Positions 1 through 13,000 of a stretch of DNA of 64,000 nt are shown piece by piece; position 1 is the first letter of the stretch; every line of letters starts with the position of its first letter. Below the pieces are notes generated by a model, which was given only the letters and a program-made list of their open reading frames with translations, was not told where the DNA came from and made no database searches. The stretch is from the human T2T-CHM13v2.0 reference genome, Homo sapiens. The stretch is from assembly GCF_009914755.1 (NCBI RefSeq), contig NC_060929.1; one strand, given 5' to 3'. The position numbers were made by a program, and so were the translations under genes.

Positions 1-1110
1 CAAGCCAACAAAATAACCAGGTAACAGCACAATGACAGGATCAAACCCACACATATCAATATTAACCTTGAGTGTAAATGGGCTAAATGCCAAACTTAAA
101 AGGCACAGAGTGGCAAGCTGGATAAAAAAGGAACACCCAATGGTGTGCTGTCTTCAAGAGACCCATCTCACATGTAATGACACTCATAGGCTCAAAATAA
201 AGGGATGGAGATAAATGTACCAAGCAAATGAAAAACAGAAAAAATGAGGGGTTGCAATCCTAATTTCAGACAAAACAGATTTCAAACTAACAAAGATCAA
301 GAAAGACAAGGAAAGGCATTACATAATGGTAAATGGTTCAGTTCAACAAGAGAACTTAGCCATCTTATATATGCACCCAACACAGGAGCACCCAGATTCA
401 TAAAGTAAGTTCTTAGAAACCTACAAAGAGACATAGACTCCCACACAATAATAGTGGGAGATTTCAATACTCCACTGACAGATGAATAATCAAGGCACAT
501 CATCAAGGCAGAAAATTAACAAAGATATTGAAGACCTAAACCTGGCATTGGAAAAAATGGATGTGATAGACCTTTACAGAAGTCTCCACCTGAAAACAAC
601 AGAATATACATTCTTCTTACTGCCACATGGCATATACTCTAAAATCAACCACATAATTGGACAAAAAACAACACTCAACAAATGTAAAAGAACTGAAATC
701 ATACCAACCACACTCTTGGACCATAACACGATAAAAATAGAAGTCAGTGCAATGAAAATCACCCAAAACCATGCAATTACATGAAAATTAAACAACATGC
801 TCCTGACTTTTGGGTAAATAGTGAAATTAAGGCAAAAATCAGGAAGTTCTTTGAAAATAATGAGAACAAAAATACAACATACCAGAATCTCTGGGACACA
901 GCTAAGGCAGTATTGAGAGGGAAATTCATAGCACTAAATGCCCACATCAAAAAGTTAGAAAGATCTCAAATTAACAACCTAACTTCACAACTGAAAGAAT
1001 CAGAGAAGCAAGAACAAATTGACCCCAAAGCTAACAATACAAGAAATAACAAAAACGAGAGCTGAACTGAAGGAAATTGAGACATGAAAAACCATTCAAA
1101 AGACCAACAA

Positions 1111-1440
1111 GGCCGGGTACAGTGGCTCATGCCTCTAATCCCAGCACTTTGGGAGGCTGAGGCAGGCAGATCACCCGAGGTCAGGAGTTCAAGACCAGCC
1201 TGGCCAACATGGCGAAACCCCATCTGTACTAAAAAATGCAAAAATTAGCTGGATGTGGTGGCACATGACTGTAATCCCAGTTATTTGGGAGGCTGAGGCT
1301 GGGAATCACTTGAACCCGGGAAGCAGAGGTGGCAATGAGCCGAGATCACACCACTGCACTTCAGGTTGGGCAACAAAGTGAGACTCTGTCAAAAAAACAA
1401 AAAAACAAAAAACAAAACAACAACAACAACAACAATAAAA
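1111..1440 (+). mobile_element. AluS element inserted in L1 ORF2
   Basis: GGCCGGGTACAGTGGCTCA start, dimeric body, A/CAA tail, degenerate TSD (AAGACCAACAA / AAATCAACAA). Confidence 0.93.
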
Positions 1441-1773
1441 CCAAATCAACAAATCCAGGCATTGGTTTTTTGAAAAAACTAATAAAATAGATAGGCCACT
1501 AGCTAGGCTAATTAAGAAGAAAAAAGAGAAGATCCGAGTAAATACAATTAGAAATGAGAAAAGGAATGTTACTACTGACCCCACAGAAATAAAAACAACC
1601 CTCAGAAACTACTGTGATCCCCTCTACACAAACAAACTAGAAAACCTAGAAGAGACAGATAAATTCCAGAATACATACACCTTCCCAAGAATGAGACAGG
1701 AAGAAAATGATTCCCTGAACAGACCAATAATGAGCTCTGAAATTGAATCAGTAATAAATAGCTTAGCAACAAC

Positions 1774-1785
1774 GAAAGAAAGAAA

Positions 1786-1847
<62 letters not shown>

Positions 1848-1860
1848 AGGAAGGAAGAAG
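1774..1860 (+). repeat. (GAAA)n/(GGAA)n tetranucleotide microsatellite inside L1 ORF2
   Basis: Directly visible purine-only tract. Confidence 0.95.
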
Positions 1861-4800
1861 AGTCCAGGACATGATGGATTCACAGCTGAATTATGCCAGA
1901 TGTACAATGAAAATATGCAGAAATTATTTTAAAAAATTGAGGAGAGGGGACTTCTCCCGAACTCATTCTATGAGGCCAACATCATCTTGATACAAAAACG
2001 TGGCAGAGACATAACAAAAAAGAAATTTCAAGCCAATATTCTTGATGAACTTTGATTCAAATATCCTCAACAAATACTTGCAAACTAAATCCAGCAGCAC
2101 ATCAAAACACGAAGCCACCATTATCAAGTAAGCTTCATCCTAGGATGCAAGGTTGGTTCAACATATGCAAATCAGTAAATGTGACTCATCAAATAAACAG
2201 ATCTAAAGACAAAAAGCACATGATTTTCTCAATAGATGTAGAAAAGGCCATTGATAAAATTCAACATTCCTTCATGTTAAAAAACTCTCAATAAACTACA
2301 TATTGAAGCAACATACCTCAAATTAATAAGAGTCATCTATGACAAACCCACAGCCAACATTATACTGAATGGGCAAAAGCTGAAAGAATTCCCATTAAAA
2401 ACTAGCATAAGGAAGGATGCCCTCTCTCACCACTTCTATTCAGCACAGTATTGGAAGTCCTAGCCAAAGTAATCAGGTAAGAGAAAGAAATAAAGAACAT
2501 CCAAGTAGGAAGAGAAGAAGTCAAATTATCTCTGTTTGCAGACAGCATAATTCTATATCTAGAAAACCCCATAGTATCAGCCCCAAAATCTCCTTCAGCT
2601 GATAAACAACTTCAACAAAGTTGCAGGATACAAAATCAATGTACAAAATTCACTAGCATTCCTATCCCACCTACCACCAACAACAAAACTTAGAGTCAAG
2701 TCAGAAAGGCAATCCAATTCACACTGCCACAAAAACAAATTAAAAAAATACCTAGGAATACAGCTAACCACAGAGGTGAACAATCTCTACAATGAGAATT
2801 ACAAAACATTGTTCAAAGAAATCAGGGAAGACAAAAGCAAATAAAAGAACATCCCATACTCATGGATAGGGAGAATCGATATCATTAAAATGACTATACT
2901 GCCTAAAGCAATTTACAGATTCAATGCTATTCCTATCAAACTACCAAAGACATTCTTCTTAGAACTAGAAAAAATTATTTTAGAATTTATATGGAACCAA
3001 AGATAATCCTGAATAGCTAAGACAATCCTAAGCAAAAAGAACAAAGCTGGACGAATTATGTTACGTTACTTCAAACTACATTATAAGACTACAGTGACCA
3101 AAACAGTATGGTACTGGTACAAAAACAGGCACATAGACCAATGGAACAGAATAGAAAGCCCAGAAATAAGGCCGCACATCTACGACCATCTGATCTTTGA
3201 CAAAGCTGACAAAAACCAGCAATGGGAAAAAGACTCCCTATTCAATAAATGGTGCTGGAATACCTGGCTAGCAATATGCAGAAGATTGAAGCTAGACCCC
3301 TTTCTTACACCAAATACAAAAATCAACTTAAGATGGACTAAAGACATATATACAACCCAAAACTATAAAAACCCTGGAAGCCAACCTATGCAGTACCACC
3401 CTGGACCTAGAAATAGCCAAAAAGTTCATGACAAAGACACCAAAAGCAATTGCAACAAAAGCAAAAATTGACAAATGGGATATAATTAAACTTAAGCACT
3501 ACTTCACAGCGAAAAAAAAAATCAAGAGAGTAAATAGACAACCTACAGAATGGGAGAAAATGTTTGCAAACTATGCATCTGACAAAGGTCTAATATCCAG
3601 CATCTATAAGGAACTTAAACAAATTTGGAAGAGAAAAACAAACAACTCTATCAAAAAGTGGGCAAAGGACACGAAAAGACACTTCCCAAAAGAAGACATA
3701 CATGTGGCCAACAAGCATATGAAAAAATGCTCAATATCATTGCTCATTAGAAAAATGCAAATCAAAACCACAATGAAATACCATCTCACACACCAGTCCC
3801 AATGGCTATTAGTAAAAATTCAAAAAATAACAGATGCTGCTGAGGTTGCGGAGAAAACAGAACCCTTATACGCTGTTGGTGGGAGTATAAATTAGTTCAA
3901 CCATTGGGGAAAGCAGTATGGTGATTCCTCAAAGAGATAAAAATAGAACTACCATTCAACCCAGCGATCCCATTACTGGGTGTATGCCCAAAGAAATATA
4001 AAACATTCTACCATAAAGACACATGCATGTGAACGTTCATTGCAGCACTGTTCACAATAGCAAAGACATGGAATCAATCTAAATGTCCACCAATGACAGA
4101 CTAGAATAAAGAATAAAGGATAAAGAAAATGTGGCACATGTACACCATGGAATATTATACAGCCATAGAAAAGAATGACATCATGTCTCTTGCAGGAACA
4201 TGGATGGAGCTGGAGGCTATCAACCTTAGCAAACTAACTCAGGAAGAGAAAGTCAAATATCACATGTTCCACTTATAAGTGGGAGGTAAATGGTAAGAAC
4301 TTATGAACACAAACAAGGAAACAACAGACACTGGGGTATACTTGAAGTGGGAGGGTTGCAGGAGGGAGAGAAGCAGAAAAGATAGCTATTTGATATTGAG
4401 CTTAATGCCTGGGTAATGTAATAGCACGTACAACAAACCCTTATGACACCTGTTTATCTATGTAACAAATCTTCACATGTATCCTCAAACCTAAAATAGA
4501 AATTAAAAAAATTCTGTTCACTGCTCAACTCTTCTAAACTCTAATACTGCCTTGCTATGTGAGATTTACCATGCCTTTACAGACTCATGGTGTCCAAGAT
4601 TAACTTTAGCTCAACTGCCCCTTCCTGGTAGACTAAAGAGTTGATGATATAGAAAGTTTGGTAAAATTTTACTCTAACATCCCCAAAGCGAAAAAAGAAG
4701 ATGGTAATGAAGTCATTTCCTGTGTAATGAACACAGCTAAATGTAAACGTTAAGGTAATTGGCCTGGGTAGCATTACAAGGAAGGAAGGGCAAGGAAGAG

Positions 4801-7288
4801 GAGGCAGTAAGTCACCCTTGGGTGCCATAGGGAGGGAAGAAGGCAGTTAAGGCTTGGGAGTTTGTGTTTGGTGATAGTCTAATTACAGCTGCCCACTGTG
4901 GTGCATAGTAAATTTAATTTTTATTAATCAAATTCAGACTTCTGCTCTTAACTCTGATAAGCACTACCCTAAGAACTGGCTTAAGGGACTCAAGCGGCTT
5001 GACTTTTAACTCGGCATCCTGAGGTATCTTAAGAAATTCATCCCCGTATATGCAGAGGAATGTGTGGATGGTTGAAGCATTGATAGCAGTGCAATGGCAG
5101 ATTTGGGGGAAAGATCATTTTGCTTAATTCTTTATTTTAAAAAATGGCTACTTGTTATAGATGTTTCTTTTTTCCCCCTTTCTTATGTTTGCTGGATTAA
5201 TCAGTTTTTGGGTACTTTTTTTTTCACTCTTTTTTGTGTTGTGTTGGTAATTTTGTAAATACTATTATAGAGTTCTATTTTGCTAATGGTTAACTTCTTA
5301 GTTTTAAACACCAATATCTCCTTCTATATTTCTCAATTCATGTAACAAATTTAAATAATAATATCACCCCCAAATAATATAATCAGGCATTAAATAGAAG
5401 TTTTGACTTGAAAACCCTACCTCCATTGATTATATAGCTATGGGAGTGGGCAGTGGGGACAGGCATAGGTGGGTATGGGAGGGGTGGGAGAATGGTCCAA
5501 GGTAAAAACCAGAGTCAGTTACTCAGACTGTGTTAGTTCTTCTGTTACCTTTTTAAACCTACATTCTCATTCAGTCCTTGCTGTGCTCTCTAGTCTTGTG
5601 GTTATTTTTAGGTTCAGCTAAAAAAATATTTTTTTCTATATCACCTTTATAGAATTTCAGAGTTTTCAAATTTTTGAGATTTTTGAGATCAATTTTTTTC
5701 CTGTCTGCTTTATGGCTTTCACGAATTCCCTACTTTTCTGGTTTTGCTATGTTAACTCTTCCTGTTTTTCTGGGAACCTATGAAATAGACTTGACATTTA
5801 GTGTTTCATTTCAGCTGCATTTGTGAGGGAGGTAAAGTCATCATACTTGGTCACTGTGATTTCCATGTAAAAATCCAAGGGAAAGAACTGATGGGTAAAT
5901 GACAAAGTACTATTTATATTTTATTTGTTTTATTTGAGAAATAAGATACATAATTTTACCAAAAGTTTCTGGAGATAGTATATGATGGATTGAGTTTGAA
6001 AATTATATAACTCACAGCCATGACTTCGTTTTATGTAAGTACAAGATAAAAATTTAGGAGATTTTATTTTAAAATAATTGTTGCTGTAAGAGTTATTCAA
6101 GGGAAATATGTAAATCCCTATAACTTCTTGCATTTATTATTTTTATTCTCCTTGCTACTTAATTTTCCTTGTCTTCGGCATACAAACATGCAACTTCCAT
6201 CGACCACAAATCTGTCTACTGTGAGTCCCTGTTTTGTTTTCTACATTAGTATGATTCATTTAATCCCTACTTTCATCTTTGCCATTGCTGTGCTAGAAAC
6301 TGGTGGTGAATGCAGAGTATGGTGCACCTCAGTGTGTGTTTATGCAGCGTTTCACCACCCACTGTTCCTTGTCAGTAATTGAAAGAGAAAATAGAAGCTA
6401 ACAGGAACCAAAGTTGATGTGGTGGCAGACCAAGTTAATGAAGTGGAGGAAATATGAAGATTCAGTAGATGAAGGAAGATTCACCCCATCGATTAAAGAA
6501 ATAACTATTTCCCAATACTCCTATTGTGCAAATTCTCAAAACATCTAGGGTTGTATATAAAACCAGAAAGTAATTAAAATTCCAGAAAACTTAATGGATA
6601 TGGATAAATGCCATAGCAGAAGGAATAGAATTGAGAGTATGGAAAGAGTTGATCTAAAAAAATATTGTGAATATTAAAGAGAATTAAGAAATAGTAATTC
6701 AAGAGAAAAATTAATGTCTCAAAAGAGAACCAAGCTGTGACTGTAGGAGGTAAATAAAATTGTGTAACCAGGAGACATCAACCAATATGCAGCTATAACT
6801 ATCTATGCATATAAACCTAGAAAAAGCCATTTATGCTGCTGTAAAAGTTTAAACATGTGTTTACTTTGTAGCAACTAGTACAACAATTCAAATCTGGGAA
6901 AACAGCTTTGTTAACTAAGATATTTTGATAAGCTTATTAAGGAGAGCAAAACCATCTTAGGTTAGTTCCCACGATCCTATATGAAAAAGAAAGCAACTCT
7001 GCAAAATGAAATGTGAGGGGAGGGAAGAGCAGGGATACTAAGTGTTATAGCCAATGATAATTTACTAAATTATCAGTTAGTGAGTTTGATTTCTTCCATC
7101 TCACCTATAAAATTGTCGGCAAATTCTTAATTCCCCACTAATGGTTTTTTTAAATGAATTGTTTCCATGGGAAATTTAAAGCTTCATATAAAGAAATGTA
7201 ATTTGTAAAGAAAATCAAAACGCTCTGGAAAGCCAAAAGCTTACAACCTCAGTCAATTTTACTTTTAAAATAAAAATAAAACCAAGTC

Positions 7289-7401
7289 GGCTGGGCTTTG
7301 TGGCTAACACTTATAATCCCAGCACTTTAGGAGGCTGGTGGAAGTGGATCACCTGAGCCCAGGAGTTCAACACCAGCCTGTCTCTAAACAAGAACAAAAA
7401 A
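7289..7401 (+). mobile_element. Free left Alu monomer (FLAM or AluJ fragment)
   Basis: GGCTGGGCTTTGTGGCTAACACTTATAATCCCAGCACTTT...GAGTTCAACACCAGCCTG then short A-tail; no right arm. Confidence 0.8.
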
Positions 7402-7660
7402 TCCCTACAAGCCTTTCTTTCATTAAAAAAAATGTATGGAAAACACCTACTTCTACTTATTATGTATTTTAATTCATTCAACCATGAGTTATTGACTTTC
7501 CTGAAGTGCTTAGGCACAATTGAATAGTTACATTTATTCAAAAAAGAGAAGGTAAGTAGCAATGAGTTCCTACATAATCAAACACTAAAATAATTTAATA
7601 GACACGAAGAATCATGGGCATTAATCTAAGTACAAGTATAAATTGCTCTAAAGAGGAAAC

Positions 7661-8109
7661 TGAAGATGCAGGAGGGCAGGTCCCCAAAGGGCCTTGGCTG
7701 ATTCAGCTGTCCCCTCTTCCTGCTTGTAGTTCTCAGGGGAAATATAGAATGTGCTGAGAAGAAAACATCATGAGACAAGGATGAAATTTCTGGAACAACC
7801 CTCATCCCTCCTAGAGCAGTCTGGTCTGCAACACTTCAGTCCAGCAATTGCAGTGTCCCTTGGGGTATATAAACCCAGAGCAGAATGCTTTTCGGGTCCC
7901 TCAACTGTGTTGAGACATGGGGCGAGCACAGACAAGAGACTCCATCCATGCCTGGCAGCTTTCCTGAGCCTTAGGGGCTGGCTCACCATCCTAGGCTTCT
8001 GTTGTCCCTTGCTGCCTATCTGAGAGTAATAAAGCTGCTTTTAACATGTGAGTGAGTGTTCCCGCAAGTGGTAGATAGAATAACTGGTGCAAAATGAACC
8101 TGCTTCACA
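7661..8109 (+). mobile_element. Solo LTR (ERVL class, LTR47-like)
   Basis: TG...CA ends (GAACCTGCTTCACA), TATATAAA at 7866-7873, AATAAA at 8028-8033, ~450 bp; subfamily from recall. Confidence 0.65.
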
Positions 8110-8742
8110 AAGGAAAGAACTCAAAAGAAAATTAAATATGAATTATAACTTTAAAAATAGGTAAAATTTTGTTAAGCAGAGAATAGAGTCCGCATGATGC
8201 CCAACAGGGAGCTGGACACACCTGAGTAACAATAGGATGGGTAGGAAAGCACAGCGTGCTCAGGTGAGAGTGGAGATGCAGGTCCAGGGGAAACAGAGAA
8301 TGTGCCTAAATAGTACCAACAACAAGACAGAGTCTGATCCTGCAGTGGAATTATCCTGGCTCTCTAGGACTTTTGGGTAAAGTCTAGGGGTTGACTGAAA
8401 ATCAATGGCACATTGAGAACTGAAATGCTGAATTTAGGCTAGAAAGGAATGAGTCTGAGAGCCCCGAACAAGCAAATCCTATAAAACTTCCCTTGACAAC
8501 TGAGGCCACCTCTCCTCTCTCTTCTGATGAGCTGGCTCAGCTTTGCTTAACAACGCAGTAATGACCTCCACTGAAGTAGATGTGTGGATGAAATTTAAAA
8601 GTGCTAGACCAGAGAACGAATACGACATTAGTGGGACCATCTCATATGCATTCCCTAGATTTGTCTGTGTAACTCAGCAAAATCTTTCAATTCTTTTTGA
8701 GTGTAAGCTGTCTCCTCCTGAGACTCTGTATTTGTTCCCCAG

Positions 8743-9177
8743 TATATTAGTTTCCTATTGCTGCAAATTACCACAGACTTAGTGCTTAAAACAATAAAAA
8801 TGTATTCTTTCAGTGTTTTGGAGAAGTCCTAAAATAGTCAGCAAGGCTGCATTCCTTCTGCAGGCCCTAAAAGAGAATCCATTTCCTTGCCTTGTCTAGC
8901 TTCTAAAGGTCCCCTGCAGTCTTTGGCTCATGGCCCCATTCTCCACATTTAAAGCCAGACTGATAGCATCTTGTCACCTCTCTTTCTGAATCTTATTCTC
9001 CTTCTTCCCTCTTATAAGAACCCTTGGGTTACACTGAGCCTCCCAGTTAACCCGGGATCTCAAGATTTTAAATTTAACAACGTCGGCAAAGACTCTCTCG
9101 CCATGTAGGTAATATAATCCCAAGACCCAGGAATTAGGCCATGGACATTTTGGGGGCAGCATATTCAGCCTATCATA
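8743..9177 (-). mobile_element. MaLR solo LTR (MLT1C/D-like)
   Basis: TATATTAGTTTCCTATTGCTG...AAATTACCAC start and GGACATTTTGGGGG...ATTCAGCCTATCATA end typical of antisense MLT1. Confidence 0.8.
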
Positions 9178-9454
9178 CCTTGAGCGTGCAGGGATTTTAT
9201 GTTAGTTGTGGGTCTGGAAGCAATGAAAACTGTAAAGAGTGGTACATAAAGAGGATAGGCATTCCATTGCAAAATACTTGTTTCAGGGTAGCTGAGTCAA
9301 CAGTAATGATGTAGTGACAGCAAGAGTTTCCAGAATTATGAATGGTGGTAATAGCTTCCTGAATTCTGGATGACAGTGTCAGAGGCATGATTCTTAAGTC
9401 AAAGTCCAGTAATACGTCTGCCCCTCTAGTTCATCTGATGGGTTTGTAAGAACC

Positions 9455-9530
9455 TAATGCTTTCTGTGCCTCAGTTTTCTTGCCTGTAAAATGGGTGTTA
9501 TAGTATTACCTACCTATCACCCAGAGTTTA
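9455..9530 (+). mobile_element. MIR core fragment
   Basis: TCTGTGCCTCAGTTTTCTTGCCTGTAAAATGGG resembles the MIR core. Confidence 0.7.
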
Positions 9531-10028
9531 TTTTCTTTCTTTTTTAAAAAGTTCAATTAATTAATGTATTTAGTAATATTTTTAGAAAATATATGGAACA
9601 TATTGATATTGCTATACAGAACATCATACCCCCAAAACGTAGCAAATACTTTATTTTTCAATTCATAGAAAAATCACAAAAAGAAAAACAACATAAGTAA
9701 TTTTCATCTAGTAAATGCAAAAAAGAACACTAAGGATCACAATAATATCAACTGCGGGAAGCATCTATTAACACTAGATTTGAGGAAACAGTGAATTTTG
9801 AAAACAGAAGCTTGAAGGAGGGGCCCTATGGAACTGAATCTGATGTCTCTCAGGATGGCACAATCTGGACAGTGCTAGGGTTTTTAAGGGAAATATAATA
9901 AGGTTGATTCTAAAAGTGTTGGAAAAAATATGAAATGGATTCAAACACTGCTACTGAAAGGTACTGCAACTTCCCTTATCAGAAATTCATTTTAGAAGTA
10001 TTGATAAGATGATGCTTATGGAAGTAGG

Positions 10029-10080
10029 AAGCAAATAGGAAACAATCACAAAGCAAACAGGAAACAATCACAAAGCAAAC
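10029..10080. repeat. 22-bp tandem duplication (~2.4 copies)
   Basis: AAGCAAATAGGAAACAATCACA AAGCAAACAGGAAACAATCACA AAGCAAAC. Confidence 0.9.
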
Positions 10081-13000
10081 CAGATGAAACAGTTTATTTT
10101 CCCTCCTATAGCCTCGAGTCTCTCTCTAGTGCTTGATATCAGTTAAGCCGAAAGAAAGCCAGTCAAAAGCAGCAATGTGATTTGCAGATTCAACTCCAAT
10201 ATCTCAAAGTGAATATGGAAGGATGGGTTTGCCGGGTAGAGAGAATAGCATAATAACCAGCAAATTCACCTTTGACTATGCAGCATCAATATAAAGCTTT
10301 ATAACAAACATTTGAAATTCCATAATTTTCACCCAATGTAATGCAACTATTCTTCATACAAATGAAGAAAGATGTCTTCCCTTTCCTCAAAAAATAAGAG
10401 GAAGCAAAGTTTCTACCTCTGGAAGATAGTCATTATTCATTTCTCTTCTATGTTGATTATTCTTCAAATACAGTCATAGTTCTATTCTTGTGTAAAAGAC
10501 AACTGAAATGCATTTCTTAATTAAAGTACTAATGGGAAGGAGGGGATAATTCATGGACAGAAGCGCTTTGAAAAAGAAAGCCATGTTGCTCCATCTTTTA
10601 CCACTTTTTAAAAAACAGTCATAATGCTCGGTGGACTTTTTCAGTTTTCCAGGGAACATATGCCACATTTGAAAGACATCTTTATAATTTTCTCACAGAG
10701 TAAAATTTTATTATGTTTAATCCATTGTTCATTTGTGAATCTAATTGTTATATATGCTGAATTTAACACTTAACAATGGGTTATAATTCAGTATGTTTTC
10801 TCTAATATTTTCTAGCATATAAACAGGTAGTTACATTTCCAAAATATTTAGATTATTACAACATCTCTCATATATTCTGTAAATACACTCACTCTTCTTC
10901 CTATTTTCATATGCTTAAACTTGTTTTGCAATCTACCTAATTTTCTTACTCATCTATAAGCCTTCATGATGCCTAAACACATTTAACTTGATGTTGTCAT
11001 TGATGATAACAATGCACGTGTGACCTTTCACCACTTCTGGATAAGCAAAGGATTGATTTATTCTAACTGAAATGTAAATAATAGATTTTGAAATGTAGTC
11101 TACATTTTTTATCTTTCTAAAATTCCTTTTATGTGACTCTTCTGCCTCCATTCTTCCATGGGCATGATTTTTCCTCAGGACAGGTTTTTATTGTTACAAG
11201 AAAGGTGCCAAGAGGAAGAAGTCAACATTTAACATTTGAATTTCAGAATGGAATTTTTGAGTCAAAACCTGAAAATAAGCTCGAAAGTCACACTTTGTTG
11301 AGAAAAGGATTTTATTAATGTATCTGGAGCTAGGACTTGCTGACCAGATAGTAGAATTTTACCATAAACCAGAAACAGAACCAAATCAGAACAATGGAGA
11401 GGCAGTCATTATCATACAGAGAGGAGAGAGAGAGAAAGAGAGAACCCACCCTTATTGACCTAGGATTGAAGGAGAGAAAAGGCAACAGAGGCTTTGGAAG
11501 TAGAGGTCAAATACCTGGGTCCTGGCTTCCCATCTCCAGGTTAGTGTCCCTGGCATCATAAGGATGTATACTATGTGTGTTGGGTAGAAAGGGGAAAACA
11601 GAACAGCTTTTGCTTTGTCCTCTATTTGGAGAACTGGAAGACCACACAGAGGGTGAGCCCTCTTCACCATTACGGGTTAAAGCATTGGTGGATAGGTGAG
11701 TAGAAAGATCTCAGCCACCTTTACTGGCTTGCCATGGAGAAGCCCTTACTCTTTCCTCTATACCCTGCTACCAGTTTAAGGAGGAAAGTGAAAGGGAAAG
11801 CGCTGCGGGCAGTTTAACTTTGGATTTAAAAAAAATTAATGCATTAAAGACTTTTAAAATTGAAAATACACTATTTAAAACAAAAGATAATCATTTATTG
11901 TTGAAATTCCCCTTAATTCCAGTGCCTATTTCTCCTTGTGGAGTTTAGAAAAGCTACAGAAAATAAAGGATCCCTGCATTCTTTGGACATCTGTGTAGTA
12001 TATGTGTGAATTTAATACCATAGCAATTATCTAGTGGTTTAACAGAGCTCAGTGTATTCACATAATTATATATAATCTAAGTGTGGCAATTTAGAGACAA
12101 TACTCCAAATAGCAGAAAAATGTAGGGATTATATTGTTTAAATATTTATTTAAATTATTTGGTTGTGTTGATATTATATAAGATGAAATAATTAGTTACA
12201 ATAATACTCAAATTGAGTCACTCTTATTCATTCATTTATAGTAAAATGGTAATATTTGTAGTCTTTTATGATATTTTGCTATCTTTCCTTTCCAAAGCAT
12301 ACTTACTGAATTCATATGAGAGAAAAAGTAATTAAAATTATATTAATATTTGTTAAAAAATAATATTTACAGAACAGGTGGATGCATTTACAAGATATTA
12401 ACAAAAAAGTCTGTGTCATAAAAAGTCTTGATGATTTGTTCTGTGTGTTACACTACATTAGTTTACATGTGGTTTAGATTCTTACATTTTGACTTAAGCC
12501 TAGGAATTGACTACCTATACTTAAAATAAAACACCAGATTTAATAAAAAATATCATTGTAATATAATAATTGTTACTATATAATTTATTTTCCTGTTTTA
12601 ATACAGATAATTTAATTTTAACATATTATCATTTTAGTTGCCTCATTAACTAATTAAAAACCCCAGACAGGAACCATATTCCAGTAAATACCTGTTATAA
12701 CATGTCTGTAGAAATGTCTGCTCTATGTGTATAAAATTTCCAGAAAAGTGGAAACTTAATATTCAAGTTTTTATAATTCTGTTAACACCACCCTTAGAAA
12801 AAAAATTAAGGAAAATTTATGAGTAAGGTACTGAAATAGCTAACAAAAATTCTGCCAATTTAGAATATCTGCTGGTTTGGTGCTATCCATAGAGTTTTTG
12901 TTTCAGTGCCAGCATCAAATATTCCGTTTAAAAAATAAAATAAATAGAATGTCTGGAGCACTGGTTGGCAACTTTTGATTCATGGATTTTGTGCTGCTGG

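Larger units (their letters stand above)
1..4511 (+). mobile_element. Old LINE-1 (L1PA15/16-like): ORF2 pseudogene plus 3' UTR and A-tail; continues left of the window
   Basis: ORF2 start MTGSNPHISILTLSVNGLN at 32; fragmented endonuclease, RT and C-terminal peptides ([31 protein letters not shown]); L1 3' UTR and A-rich tail at ~4500; many stops and frameshifts. Confidence 0.95.

Noticed and set aside
32-3895. ORFs with endonuclease/RT similarity as functional genes
   Set aside because: They are fragments of one L1 ORF2 broken by stops, frameshifts, an Alu and a microsatellite.
4515-7280. Possible ncRNA or processed pseudogene in the apparently unique sequence here
   Set aside because: No tRNA, snRNA, snoRNA or mRNA-like features (recognisable ORF, poly(A) plus TSD) that I can identify; it is probably decayed ancient repeats.
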